Below are positions 1 to 10,411 of a DNA stretch of 64,000 nt, one piece after another. Under the pieces are notes generated by a model, which was not told the origin of the DNA, did not search any database, and saw only the letters and a program-made list of their open reading frames with translations. The position numbers were made by a program, and so were the translations under genes. How positions within the stretch are numbered: the stretch's first letter is position 1; every line of letters begins with the position of its first letter. This DNA is from Nitrosopumilaceae archaeon (GTDB lineage Archaea; Thermoproteota; Nitrososphaeria; Nitrososphaerales; Nitrosopumilaceae): the NCBI GenBank assembly GCA_965200155.1, contig CBDATR010000034.1:64001-128000 (forward strand), given 5' to 3'.

Positions 1-91
1 GTACTCTTGTCTGTGTGATACTACCTGTCGTTGCTCCTCGGAGGTGTGCCGGGATCATGTGTCCTCAATGTCCTAGACATACCACACGGCC

Positions 92-952
92 GTGACCATA
101 CAAAAGGTGGACGCGCATCTAGTCAAGGGCTTTATTCCCTCCCGTATCATACACTCCCGGAAAGGCCAGAACGGCAAGGTTGTGATAGTGGGGGGGAGCC
201 GTATATATCACGGTGCTCCGGTGTTGGCGGCCTTGGCGGCATTGCGATCCGGTACCGACTTGGCATATGTTGCCGTCCCAAAAATGAATGCCACATCCAC
301 CAGGGCACTCTCGCCTGATGTTATAGTCATACCCACACAGGATCAAAAGATGACCCGGGGCGCGGCGCTGAAACTGGCCGGTACTCTGCCCCTGGGCCTT
401 GATTCCGGAGTGATAGGGGTGGGACTTGATTCCACCGATGGCCTGAACATTTTGGTAGAAAAGATGGTAAATATGGATATACGTCTGGTCCTGGACGCGG
501 GAGCCCTGAAGGCTGGAATCCCGGATATAATACAGAACAAGAACTGCATACTTACTCCCCATGGGGGCGAGTTTCGGCGCATATTTGGAACGGCGCCGCC
601 GCAGGATGAGACCGAGCGCGCCCGTGTGGTATCAAGCAAGGCCAGAGAGTATGGAACCGTAATACTGCTGAAAGGTCATGCCGATATAATATCTGACGGG
701 GACCGTACGTACCAGAATGCTGGTGTGGCACCGGCCATGTCTGTGGGTGGCACCGGCGATGTCTTGGCCGGGCTTGCCGCTGGCATGCTGGCCAGGAACA
801 GGAACGCACTGGAGGCTGCCATATGCGCCTCGTACATAAACAAGCAGGCTGGCGTATACTTGCAGGGCAGGATGGGCTGCCACATGATTGCCTCGGACTT
901 ACTTGATGTGATACCGCGTATAATGATGCCCCTGGAGGTAATCGCCCCATGA
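92..952 (+). CDS. nnrD: ADP/ATP-dependent NAD(P)H-hydrate dehydratase (YjeF C-terminal)
   Basis: HSRKGQNGKVVIVGGS, LVLDAGAL, ILTPHGGEF, GGTGDVLAG motifs. Confidence 0.9.
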   Translation: MTIQKVDAHLVKGFIPSRIIHSRKGQNGKVVIVGGSRIYHGAPVLAALAALRSGTDLAYVAVPKMNATSTRALSPDVIVIPTQDQKMTRGAALKLAGTLPLGLDSGVIGVGLDSTDGLNILVEKMVNMDIRLVLDAGALKAGIPDIIQNKNCILTPHGGEFRRIFGTAPPQDETERARVVSSKAREYGTVILLKGHADIISDGDRTYQNAGVAPAMSVGGTGDVLAGLAAGMLARNRNALEAAICASYINKQAGVYLQGRMGCHMIASDLLDVIPRIMMPLEVIAP

Positions 953-2229
953 AGGTGGATACGCAGGGAATGATACGGGATCTGCAGAGGTTGATAAGGC
1001 AGCCCAGTGTCTCGGCCACCGGGCATGGCATAGAGGAGTGCGCGGGTATAGTCTAGGACATGCTGGAGGGGAGCGGTATACAGACTCGGATACTGCGTAT
1101 ACCGGGTCACGCTCCGGTAGTATGTGGTCATGTCATCTCGAAAGCAAGGAACAGCCGTACCCTTCTATTCTATGACGTACAGCCTGCCGAGCTGGATTTG
1201 TGGACTCATCCGCCCTTTGAAGGTGTGGTGGAAAATAATAGAGTGTATGGCCGGGGTGCCACCGACGACAAGGGTGATCTGGTGTCCCGCATAGAGGCGG
1301 TGCGCCGTATGGCAGAGAGCGGTGATATTCCATGCAACGTAAAATTCTTTATCGAGGGTGAGGAGGAGAACGGCAGTGCTGGTGTCCCAAAATATCTGGA
1401 GCAGTACCGGGACTTGTTATCATGTGATGCCGTTGTGTGAGAGTTTGGATACGTGGATGACTCAGACAGGTCCATCATAGGACTGGGCACCAAGGGCCTC
1501 ATGTACGCGGAACTTACAGCCAGGGGATCTGGACGGGACTTGCACTCGGGTATGGCACCAATAATACAGAACCCCGCCTGGCGCCTGGTGGGCGCCCTGT
1601 CCGTACTGGCGGGTAATGACGGGCGCATACTTGTACCACACTGGTATGATGATGCTCTGCCACTAAATGATGCAGAGAAGGGTATTCTTGATGCCATGCC
1701 TTATGACGACTCTGGCATGAAACGCAGTCTGGGCGTGGAGCGATTCGTTAAGGGCCAGGACTTGATACAGGCCAAGAGGGATCTAGCGGGTATCTGGTCT
1801 GGCTATACTGGAGAGGGCGCCAAGACTATTCTGCCAGCGTGGGCCTCGGCCAAGCTGGATATGCGACTAATTCCCGGCATGATTCCCCACATACAGAGGC
1901 GCCGCCTGCGGGATCATCTGAGTGCGTGCGGGTATGATGATATAGAAGTTACAGTGTTGCACACCGAACCCGGTGCCAGGACAAGTCCAGATGATCCCTT
2001 TGTGGGGGTGGTCCGGGGAGCGGTGAATGATGTGTATGGCAGTCACGTACTGAGTATAATATACCCGGAGACCGGTCCTGTCTGGTATTTCTTCAAGGAA
2101 CTGGGGGCCCCTTTTGTGCTGGTCGGCGGCACTCACATACATTCCAATATACACTCGCTGGATGAATACGCGCATAGATCTGCTGTAGAATACGTCAGAA
2201 ACAATGATGAAAATAATGCAAAGATTTAG
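949..2229 (+). pseudogene. M20/M25/M40 family metallopeptidase, inactivated
   Basis: One frame from ATG 949 (RQPSVSA, YDVQP, GRGATDDKG, EGEEENGS, DLHSG) with in-frame stops TAG 1054-1056 and TGA 1438-1440; the His expected before YDVQP is missing. Confidence 0.85.
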
Positions 2230-2648
2230 TGAATGAATCGTGGCAGTTTCTTTATCACGTGAGCCAGTGATATGCGTCCTGGACCTAGCACCATGATCAC
2301 CAACGCCGCTGCCAGTAGTACGACATCAAACTCTGTTGCAGGGCCGTCACCGGCAAATACCTGTGCCCCCTTTACCAGGAATATTGCGCCCAGCATGTAT
2401 ACGGCCAAAAGTGCCGATGATATGCGAGTAAGTACGCCTATTAGCAACAGTATACCGGGGACCAGCTCCCCCAGGGCTACTGGTATGTGCATAGCGCTGG
2501 GTATGCCCCAATTCTCTAATGCGAAGGCAAAGCCCGGATTTATCAGCTTGCCATATCCGTGTACTATAAACACAACTCCCACTGCGGCACTGAGGCCCAT
2601 CATTACAATGTCCTGAAGTATACCGCCGTGTATCTTGGCTGTAGCCAT
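2226..2648 (-). CDS. DoxX family membrane protein
   Basis: FIVHGYGKL, LLIGVLTR, GPGRISL motifs; hydrophobic segments. Confidence 0.85.
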   Translation of the reverse strand: MATAKIHGGILQDIVMMGLSAAVGVVFIVHGYGKLINPGFAFALENWGIPSAMHIPVALGELVPGILLLIGVLTRISSALLAVYMLGAIFLVKGAQVFAGDGPATEFDVVLLAAALVIMVLGPGRISLAHVIKKLPRFIH

Positions 2649-2749
2649 TGAGTGATTTTTTATTGTGCGTATTTAACCCTGTGCCATGTATTGTACGGAG
2701 ATCATGCACTCCTATCTGTTGGTATCGCCATGCAGGGCTACCAGCGTAT

Positions 2750-3068
2750 CGTCCGCTCGTTGCAATACTGTAGTCTTAGGACTGGGGAACTATTTCAATT
2801 TGCCATTTGGTTTGCGGTCTTGTCGATGATATTTCTAATATACTAAAGAGCTGGCACCAAATGCAGATTCCCTCTGCTGTGTTCTATGTTGCCGCCGCGT
2901 CCACACACTTGTTACACTTGGCTATCCTCATCTGAACTATGTTATCACACGTTCCAGTCTACAATCCGTGCCTGGGCATTCGCTTGAACGAGAACACGGT
3001 TCTATTATGATATCATCTGTCCATCGTCTGTTGTGTCCTTTTACCACCTTCCAATTGCCTGTTTTTTG
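2750..3068 (-). mobile_element. IS5 (IS903-like) transposase 3' remnant
   Basis: 2960-3068 aligns by eye with the IS5 remnant at 37950-38055. Confidence 0.55.
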
Positions 3069-3169
3069 GTATGAGTTCACCTGTGTCTAAATTTACGCAC
3101 AACTGATGGAACAGGTTGTTCTAGTTAATGTGATTTGTGCACAAGATTCCGGAAGACGTGAACTCATAC
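3069..3169. mobile_element. MITE-1 (IS66-derived), long variant A
   Basis: GTATGAGTTCAC...GTGAACTCATAC TIR; no TSD. Confidence 0.9.
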
Positions 3170-3235
3170 CAACAAATAGTAACAGTGACACTCATCACCG
3201 GAACAGTCAGATCCATCTCATCTCCTGAAGCGCAT

Positions 3236-3470
3236 CTACACTTCACCTGTTAGTGTTGTCTGACCGGTCCACATTGTATTGGATATCATGTCCACTTCAA
3301 ATTGTTTTGGTAATTGTTTAATGATTCTGTCTGATTCTATTCCAACATAGACCAGTCGCTCTATTATGGAGCGAATTTGTTCTCCAGTGAATACCCTGAA
3401 GGGGTACCGGTCTATGCCACTTTTTGACTTCTTTGGAATGAATGTTAGCCATTCTTCCATTCACAGTTGA
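3236..3470 (-). pseudogene. Fragment of a second Type ISP C-terminal subunit
   Basis: IIERLVYVGIESDRIIKQLPKQFE matches IIERLVYVGIASDRIIDQLPEQFE in 15466-16134. Confidence 0.75.
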
Positions 3471-3489
3471 AGTCAAATATCTTCCCGTT

Positions 3490-3655
3490 GGGGGTATCTG
3501 GCGTTGTCGATAAAAATTATCAAATTTATTAGAATATTTCCTGATATTAATGCCTGAATCTAATTGCTGTCAACATACGGTTGTGTGATAGAAATGCACA
3601 AACTATTTCACATCAGTGCGATTTTTCTATCTAACTTGATTGAATTATACAAACT
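3490..3655 (-). mobile_element. IS5 (IS903-like) 5' end remnant
   Basis: Similar to 38925-39080. Confidence 0.5.
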
Positions 3656-3664
3656 TCTATTGTA

Positions 3665-3672
3665 TTTATATA
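3665..3672 (+). promoter_or_regulatory. TATA box for tbp
   Basis: TTTATATA about 25 bp upstream of TTG 3697 (leaderless arrangement). Confidence 0.6.
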
Positions 3673-3696
3673 ACCCATATAAAAAACTCCACCATA

Positions 3697-4257
3697 TTGC
3701 CTCAAACCAAGCCAATTGTTAGTGTGGAGAATGTTGTCGCCTCGGCTTCGGTGGAGCAAAAGATGGATCTCAACGAGATAACCAGAAAGTTCACCAACGT
3801 GGAGTATCATCCGGATCAGTTTCCCGGACTGGTGTTTCGGTTAGCCACTCCCAAGACTGCCACCCTGATATTTACGTCCGGCAAGATGGTATGCACCGGT
3901 TCCAAGTCCGAGGCCATGGCCCGCCATGCGGTCAAGACAGTGGTGGACAGGTTGCGCTCAGGCGGTGTGGAAGTGAGACAGGATGCCATAGTGGAGATAC
4001 AGAATATAGTGGCATCCATAAACCTGGGCGGCAGGATACACCTAGAACAGGCGGCCCGAACCCTGCCCCGCAGCATGTACGAGCCGGAGCAGTTTCCGGG
4101 ACTCATACACCGCATGCTGGATCCCAAGACCGTGATACTGCTGTTCTCCTCGGGCAAGCTGGTATGTACGGGCGCCAAGAAAGAACCTGATGTTTATAGA
4201 TCCGTGAATAATCTTCACTCCATGCTCGAAGAGAAGGATCTCATGATATACAGCTGA
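3697..4257 (+). CDS. tbp: TATA-box binding protein
   Basis: ENVVAS, YHPDQFPGL, LIFTSGKMVCTG two-repeat architecture; likely TTG start. Confidence 0.97.
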   Translation: MPQTKPIVSVENVVASASVEQKMDLNEITRKFTNVEYHPDQFPGLVFRLATPKTATLIFTSGKMVCTGSKSEAMARHAVKTVVDRLRSGGVEVRQDAIVEIQNIVASINLGGRIHLEQAARTLPRSMYEPEQFPGLIHRMLDPKTVILLFSSGKLVCTGAKKEPDVYRSVNNLHSMLEEKDLMIYS

Positions 4258-4264
4258 GCATATC

Positions 4265-5368
4265 ATGGAACTAGGCGAGCTCTTTGCATTCGAGGACGAT
4301 ACCAGTCCACTAATGATGCTGATATGGATACTTCCAATCATACTGTTCGTATTCTACGGCCAGAGGATACAGCTTATGGTCTCATCATCGGAGATAAAAA
4401 AGAAGATACGCCAGCTAGACCAGTACGGGAACGAGTCAATGAAGAAGACACTATTACACGTGAAGAGCATTCCCGGAGTCAGTGGTGATTATGAAAACAA
4501 GCTTGGCATCATGGCGGACTATTTCACCATACCGCCCATGGACATGGATCCCGCGGGAGTGGTAACCAAGGTACGGCACGTGATACGTACCAGGGAGAAT
4601 CATACCAGGCGGCAGCTGGAGTCGGTACTTCGGGACTCAGATGCCCTGCAGGTTTCCAGGGTGCAGACACTCCTTGAGGTTACCGCGTCACTGCGCATGA
4701 TACACCGTATAGTCAATCACATGTATCTTACCGCCAAGAAGCAGAACAACTATCCACTAATACTGCCCTTGCAGATGATGTTGCCTACGGTAATGGAGGA
4801 AGCCGAGGCCATGCGCGGCGCCCTGGAACCCTTTGGCAGGGGTCAGCCAGTAGGTGACGGGGTGGGGCCTGCGGTGGTGGGACTCTTGATGCGCGGCCTG
4901 AAAAAAGAGGATATAGCATACCAGACTGTGATGGCTCGTACGACTGTGCGGGGGAGAGACGTACTATTGGTGAAGGCGCAGGGACCGGCCCCTGTTGTGG
5001 GAAGGCCGGATGAGGCGGTACAACATATACTGCAGGACTCTGCAATGGACGCGATAATAATGGTGGATGCGGCCCTGAGACTGGAGGGCGAGGCGTCCGG
5101 AACTGTATCTGTGGGGTTTGGCGCGGCCATTGGCGGTAGCGGGGCGGAGCGTTTCCGGATTGAGGAGTTGGCCACGCAGAAGGGTGTGCCGGTATTTTGC
5201 GTAGTGGTGAAACAGTCGGTGAAAGAGTCGGTTACTCTCATGACTGATACAATACACAAGCGAGTCAGTGATGCCCACGGCGCCCTGCTGGATATGATAC
5301 AGGATGCTCCCGGAGAGGGCAGTATTATGGTTATAGGTGTGGGAAATACCGGGGGCATTGGGCAATGA
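4265..5368 (+). CDS. DUF1512 family protein
   Basis: PMDMDPAG, PVGDGVGP, VDAALRLEGE, GVGNT motifs. Confidence 0.8.
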   Translation: MELGELFAFEDDTSPLMMLIWILPIILFVFYGQRIQLMVSSSEIKKKIRQLDQYGNESMKKTLLHVKSIPGVSGDYENKLGIMADYFTIPPMDMDPAGVVTKVRHVIRTRENHTRRQLESVLRDSDALQVSRVQTLLEVTASLRMIHRIVNHMYLTAKKQNNYPLILPLQMMLPTVMEEAEAMRGALEPFGRGQPVGDGVGPAVVGLLMRGLKKEDIAYQTVMARTTVRGRDVLLVKAQGPAPVVGRPDEAVQHILQDSAMDAIIMVDAALRLEGEASGTVSVGFGAAIGGSGAERFRIEELATQKGVPVFCVVVKQSVKESVTLMTDTIHKRVSDAHGALLDMIQDAPGEGSIMVIGVGNTGGIGQ

Positions 5369-5540
5369 TGTTTCGCAAAAAGGAGCTGCCCTCCGTACCT
5401 TATACCGAATCCGTATGTGATGGGTGCGGGGACAGGCAGAGAAGACCATTTCGGGAAGGAGACTATGTGTATGACTCGTTTCCCTGTCCTAGGTGTGAGA
5501 AGGCATGCGTGGTTACGGGAATATATGGCGAAAAGCAGGA

Positions 5541-6446
5541 CTAGAGCGTGGTTATGGTAGGCCCGTCCGGTCCAGGAATGAACGTGTGCTCGGCTTGGGC
5601 TACCACCTTGCCGCTACCCTCGACCAAGACAGGGTATGCCTTTACGGCCCTCTTGCGGATTAGGAAATTTAGGGTCTCGGCCGCGGAACTGCCAAACTCT
5701 CCGGTCAGCCACCGCACGGCAAAGGGAAGCATGTTAAAGTTGTTCCAGATATAGTCCAGCATGGTATCCGCGCGGGCGTCTTTTGTACGCCGTCTGCTAC
5801 TTAGGGAGAATATGTTTTTTATAGTACCATTCCGGACTACGCCATTGCCGTTCTTGTACGTGCAGAATGGCTCACATGCGTACGCGGAACCCTGCGCCAG
5901 GGAGAATCCACCGAAAGTCCACATGTTGGGTATGGTCTTGCCTGCATGTATGGTGTACTGATCCAGCGAGTGCCCGCTGAGATTAGCTATGGGGCGAAAA
6001 CCGGCATCCTTTATGACATGCTCGATGGCCCTGCCTATGTTGCTGGCCTTGGTGCCTGCCCTGCACATACTCATTGCCTTGCGCAGGGCGGACTCAGCTG
6101 CCTCTACTAGTGCATCATGGCTCTCATTATATGATACGGTCACCGCGGTATCCGCGATGTGGCCGTTTATGTGGGCTCCCAGATCTATCTTGACTATGTC
6201 GCCGGGCTGGATAATTGTGTCGTCCTGGGGTTCGGCAGTATAGTGGGCGGCTACCTCGTTTATGCTGGTGTTTACTGGAAAGGCGCATTGCGCCCCCCGT
6301 GACTTGATCTCGCCCTCTGTCCATTCGCATATGTCATATACACTCTTGCCGACCCAGTCTCTGTTGCGTACCATCTCCCGTACCTCACCGGCAATCTTGC
6401 CTGCACGTACATACTCCTCTAGCATGGGGTGAATACGTCGCGCCAT
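5541..6446 (-). CDS. map: Type II methionine aminopeptidase
   Basis: AFPVNTSINEVAAHYT, KIDLGAH, NLSGH, ACEPF, AQAEHT. Confidence 0.95.
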   Translation of the reverse strand: MARRIHPMLEEYVRAGKIAGEVREMVRNRDWVGKSVYDICEWTEGEIKSRGAQCAFPVNTSINEVAAHYTAEPQDDTIIQPGDIVKIDLGAHINGHIADTAVTVSYNESHDALVEAAESALRKAMSMCRAGTKASNIGRAIEHVIKDAGFRPIANLSGHSLDQYTIHAGKTIPNMWTFGGFSLAQGSAYACEPFCTYKNGNGVVRNGTIKNIFSLSSRRRTKDARADTMLDYIWNNFNMLPFAVRWLTGEFGSSAAETLNFLIRKRAVKAYPVLVEGSGKVVAQAEHTFIPGPDGPTITTL

Positions 6447-6463
6447 AAAATAACTGTATGGCG

Positions 6464-7423
6464 TTATATGCGCAAGGAGTCTATCAATGGTGATACATCA
6501 ACGCTTGGCGTCTCACCTGCGGATACGTGCTGTTTGTAGGGCGGATTCTCAATGTAGCTTGGCGTCTGGGATACAACCCTTTCGGAGAATGTGGATATGA
6601 GCTCGTTATCGTAGAATACGCCTATGGGTATCTTGTTGCCCCAGTCAAGAGATCTGATGAGGGCCTGGGATAGCTTTTCGTCCAGCTCGCTGTCATCATT
6701 ATAATGGACTACGGGATCATATCCGGTGTCCTCCAGCTTGTATATACGGGAGTGGCGGCTGGCGGCATCCTTCATGTCCATGCCCGCGTACCAGTCTCTT
6801 GTGTTTATGTCATTATACGTGGGACAGGGTTGCAAGACATCCAGGAATGCGGTACCCTGGTGTCTTATTGCCTTTGTTATCATGCTTTTGAGGTGCCGAA
6901 TGTCATAGGAGTATGCTCTGGCTACAAAGGTGTAACCGGAGGTTATGGCCAGTCCTATGGGGTTTACGTTGTAGTTTGTATTGGGGTTGGGTAGGGATTT
7001 TGGTTTCTCCCACAGTCTAAGTGTGGGCGATGCTTGGCCCTTGGTCAGGCCGTATACGCCGTTGTTAAATATTATATATGTCATGTCAATGTCCCGGCGG
7101 CCTGCGGCCACAAAGTGCCCTGCCCCTATGCCCAAACCGTCGCCGTCACCGCCCACCGCGATTACGGTAAGATCCGGATTCGCCACCTTGGCCCCCTGCG
7201 CAAATGTCATGACGCGCCCGTGCAGCGTGTGTATGCCATTTGTGTTGATATAGTGGGATGTCTTGCCGGAACAGCCCACTCCGGAGAATATGGCAGTCTG
7301 ATCCCGCTCTATCCCCATGTCTGCCAGCGCCATCTGAATGGCATTTACGATACCAAAGTCGCCACAACCGGGACACCAGTCGTTGTGAACATCTGTCTTG
7401 TAGTCTGCTACCTTAAGCGCCAT
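6464..7423 (-). CDS. 2-oxoacid:ferredoxin oxidoreductase beta subunit
   Basis: WCPGCGDF, GGDGD, NNGVYGLTKGQ, LQPCPTYN. Confidence 0.95.
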   Translation of the reverse strand: MALKVADYKTDVHNDWCPGCGDFGIVNAIQMALADMGIERDQTAIFSGVGCSGKTSHYINTNGIHTLHGRVMTFAQGAKVANPDLTVIAVGGDGDGLGIGAGHFVAAGRRDIDMTYIIFNNGVYGLTKGQASPTLRLWEKPKSLPNPNTNYNVNPIGLAITSGYTFVARAYSYDIRHLKSMITKAIRHQGTAFLDVLQPCPTYNDINTRDWYAGMDMKDAASRHSRIYKLEDTGYDPVVHYNDDSELDEKLSQALIRSLDWGNKIPIGVFYDNELISTFSERVVSQTPSYIENPPYKQHVSAGETPSVDVSPLIDSLRI

Positions 7424-9320
7424 GTGTTAACACCACTCTATGGGAGGCACCCCCTTTTATTATGTTCAGCAAGGCATCACGTATCTCTATGCATGTCATG
7501 GCTCTTCCCGTGTACTTTAGTATGTAGTGATCTATCTTTGCGCCGGTGTTCTGCTGTAGCAGTTTGCCCAACTGCCCTGTCTGGTTGGACTCTATGTCTA
7601 TTATGACCTGGACATCTTTTAGAAGAGTGGATACGTGCTCTGAGGGGAAGGGATGTAACATCTTAATCTGCACAAAGCCCACCTCTACGCCGTCATCTCT
7701 TAGCAGGGATAATGCGTCTAGAATGGCGCCCTTTGTGGAGCCCCATGATATGATGGTGTATTTTCCAGTGGCATGGGTTATGGCAAGCTCTTTTGGCGGT
7801 GTCCTTTGCAGTACCAAGTCCAGCCTCTCATATCGCTTGTCCATCATCCTGAGACGTACTACCGGGTCCTCCGTTATATGGCCGGTCTCGTCTGATTCAT
7901 CTCCTGTGTTCCAGAATATGCCGTTCTTTAGCCCCAAGTATGAACGGGGGGATATACCGTCACCGCCCAGGCGAAATCGCTTGTATCCTTCCTCGCCCTT
8001 CTCCAGTAATTTGCCCCTGTCTATGGTTATCTGTGAGGGGTCAAACACCGGACAGGTGGTAGTAGTACTGGAGAGAAGCTTGTCCATCATGTGGATTACG
8101 GGGATTTGGTATATGTCCGAGTAGTTGAAACACAGGGCAGTATCATAAAAGGACTCCTCTATGTCTCCTGAAGCGTATACGATGCGGGGGAATTCCCCAT
8201 GACCGGCATATATGGCGAATAGTAGATCATCCTGGCCGTGGCGGGTGGGCAAGCCGGTAGAGGGGCCGCTTCTCTGGTATAGTGTTATGACTACGGGTAC
8301 CTCGTTTATGCCAGCCCAGCCTATGGCTTCGGCCATGAGCGAGAAACCGGGACCGGACGTGGATGTGGATGAGCGGGTGCCTGTAAGCGCGGAGCCAATC
8401 ATCATTCCTATGGCTGATATCTCATCCTCTGTTTGCACTACCATTACGGAGAAGTTCTTGCCGTCCTTTGTTTGTAACGTACTGTTGGCCTCTATGTATG
8501 TACTTTCATCAGAAGCTGGGGTAATGGGATAATATGACTGGAATCTGCAACCGGCCACTATCTTGCCTATGGCGGTACCCTGGTGACCGTGTACAAGGGC
8601 ATTACCTGCTCTCTTGTCTATGGGGGACAGGGTACCGTGTGCTCCTGTGCCCAGTTCCTTGACGGCCCTGTCATAGGTGTATGCTGCCGCTTCTGCGTTG
8701 ATTTTGGCTATGGATTCCTTGCCCGCGAATACCTCCCGGACGGAATCTACCAATATGTCCCGGGGCATGTCCACTAATCCCGCTGATAGCGATACGCTGA
8801 GTACATTGTACATGCGTTTGAGCATTTTCAGTCGGGGGTTTTGTTGTATCTCGGCCAAATCCGAGAGTATCTCCTTGAATGATACAGGATACAGTACCAC
8901 GCCGTTCTTGGTGGCCACATCAAGGGCTCCCCGCACGGTGGGTGGCATCTTGTGATAATGCAGGTCTGCATGAATGCGTTCCCTACAGTTGGCATCCAGT
9001 GTATGCACATCCGTGGCCTCTATGTCTACTGTGTCACGATCATAAATGATGGCCCCGCCTGAAATCACCTCTGTATAGTGCCGAAATATGGTCTCCGCGT
9101 CATACGCTGCCATGACATTGATTTGTCCGGTATTGGAGCGCACTATATTATCGGAGACCCGCACCTCAAAGTAGCTGTGCTCGCCCTTTATGTTGGAGTG
9201 AAATTCCCGTTTACCAAATACCTGGTAACCCGCGATGGCTGCTACCTTGGTAAATATCACCGATGCGGTCTCCACCCCACTTCCCTGCGGTCCACCTACC
9301 TGCCATGTGAAATCGATCAC
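7413..9320 (-). CDS. 2-oxoacid:ferredoxin oxidoreductase alpha(-gamma) subunit
   Basis: GGPQGSG, YYPITPA, QTEDEI, TSGPGF, QRSGPSTG. Confidence 0.95.
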   Translation of the reverse strand: MIDFTWQVGGPQGSGVETASVIFTKVAAIAGYQVFGKREFHSNIKGEHSYFEVRVSDNIVRSNTGQINVMAAYDAETIFRHYTEVISGGAIIYDRDTVDIEATDVHTLDANCRERIHADLHYHKMPPTVRGALDVATKNGVVLYPVSFKEILSDLAEIQQNPRLKMLKRMYNVLSVSLSAGLVDMPRDILVDSVREVFAGKESIAKINAEAAAYTYDRAVKELGTGAHGTLSPIDKRAGNALVHGHQGTAIGKIVAGCRFQSYYPITPASDESTYIEANSTLQTKDGKNFSVMVVQTEDEISAIGMMIGSALTGTRSSTSTSGPGFSLMAEAIGWAGINEVPVVITLYQRSGPSTGLPTRHGQDDLLFAIYAGHGEFPRIVYASGDIEESFYDTALCFNYSDIYQIPVIHMMDKLLSSTTTTCPVFDPSQITIDRGKLLEKGEEGYKRFRLGGDGISPRSYLGLKNGIFWNTGDESDETGHITEDPVVRLRMMDKRYERLDLVLQRTPPKELAITHATGKYTIISWGSTKGAILDALSLLRDDGVEVGFVQIKMLHPFPSEHVSTLLKDVQVIIDIESNQTGQLGKLLQQNTGAKIDHYILKYTGRAMTCIEIRDALLNIIKGGASHRVVLTHGA

Positions 9321-9323
9321 TAT

Positions 9324-9461
9324 CTAATCGCCTCCGATCGAGGAGTCAGACAAGGCACACTCGCACTTGTCACGCTCGCCGCAATAGGGACATACGCACT
9401 GACATACCTCCAGTGGGTGTCCGCATTCTACACAAATGAGGAAACTCTCCTCGTCCTCCAT
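9324..9461 (-). CDS. Small Cys-rich protein (45 aa), below the ORF-track cutoff
   Basis: MEDEESFLICVECGHPLEVCQCVCPYCGERDKCECALSDSSIGGD; 8 Cys; stop 3 bp before the OFOR alpha start. Confidence 0.75.
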   Translation of the reverse strand: MEDEESFLICVECGHPLEVCQCVCPYCGERDKCECALSDSSIGGD

Positions 9462-9503
9462 GAAAGTGTTGGCATGGCACATCATTTAAAACGTTGTATT
9501 GTG

Positions 9504-9695
9504 AGAGTTTGTTGTATAACTGAATTTTGATCTAATTCAGGTTCCCGTGCCGCGATCCAGTGCTCCTGTGTTTGCCACTTTCACCCTCTCGTTGTACTCG
9601 GCTATCTTGTATGCTATCCCATTTTCACGATTGTATAGCGCCCACCACAAGTCTTTGCCGGGTATAGGACCGTACTTTTATAGAACCACTACTAG
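9504..9695 (-). mobile_element. IS5 (IS903-like) 3' end remnant
   Basis: End GAGTTTGTTGTATAACT matches the end at 37839. Confidence 0.55.
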
Positions 9696-9796
9696 GTGTG
9701 AGTTCACCTGTGTCTAAATTTACGCATAACTGATGGAACAGGTTGTTCTAGTTAATGTGATTTGTGCATAAGATTCCGGAAGACGTGAACTCATAC
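9696..9796. mobile_element. MITE-1 variant A
   Basis: TIR; no TSD. Confidence 0.9.
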
Positions 9797-9811
9797 GAGT
9801 AGAATCGCCAG

Positions 9812-10411
9812 ATGATGGATGACATGATTCGGACCATCATTATACCGTTGAAAAATAATAGGGAGTTCTCCCGGCGCGCCAAGATATTTGGTCACACATC
9901 CGATTACGTGTATAACAGGGCGGTATCCGAGATCAGTCTTGGTAGCTACTACATACCCGGAACCACTCTTGAATTGAAGCATGATCCGGCCAAGATCAAG
10001 AATAGGAACGAGTCCGCCAAGTTACCATATGGTCTAAAGAAGGGTGATTATACTTGAATTGTATGAGTTCACCTGTGTCTAAATTTACGCATAACTGATG
10101 GAACAGGTTGTTCTAGTTAATGTGATTTGTGCATATGATTCTGGAAGACGTGAACTCATACCTTGAATTAGCTACCACGTTCTAGAACGGTTATCAAGGG
10201 ACGTTTTACCCGTCCAACAAGAATGGCTTGCTCCCGGAATTGACAAAGTGGCACCCTGATCTGGAGTGGGCGCGCGAGTTATCAGCTAACTATGACCGGG
10301 GTGTCATACCACAGGCGTCTATCGCGTGCAGGCGGGCGTACGAGGATCATTCTAATTACATACCACACCGGCGTGACTATAATAGAATAATACTGTCTTG
10401 TGTGAGTCCGC
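9812..10411 (+). pseudogene. tnpB: TnpB (IS605/IS607) N-terminal remnant
   Basis: YVYNRAV helix and ELTKW..W..E segments, disrupted by insertions. Confidence 0.5.
10061..10161. mobile_element. MITE-1 variant A
   Basis: TIR; TSD CTTGAATT. Confidence 0.95.

Noticed and set aside
1054-1440. Stop-codon recoding (Sec/Pyl) in the M20 peptidase
   Set aside because: Two different stops, loss of a metal-ligand His and a scrambled 3' end fit pseudogenisation; other genes use TAG/TGA as stops.
2990-3003. AGAACACGGTTCT (also 37980 and 59755) as further palindrome stamps
   Set aside because: They fall in native coding motifs (IS5 ETVFS region; epimerase ERTGFR) and no ancestral allele shows a replacement.
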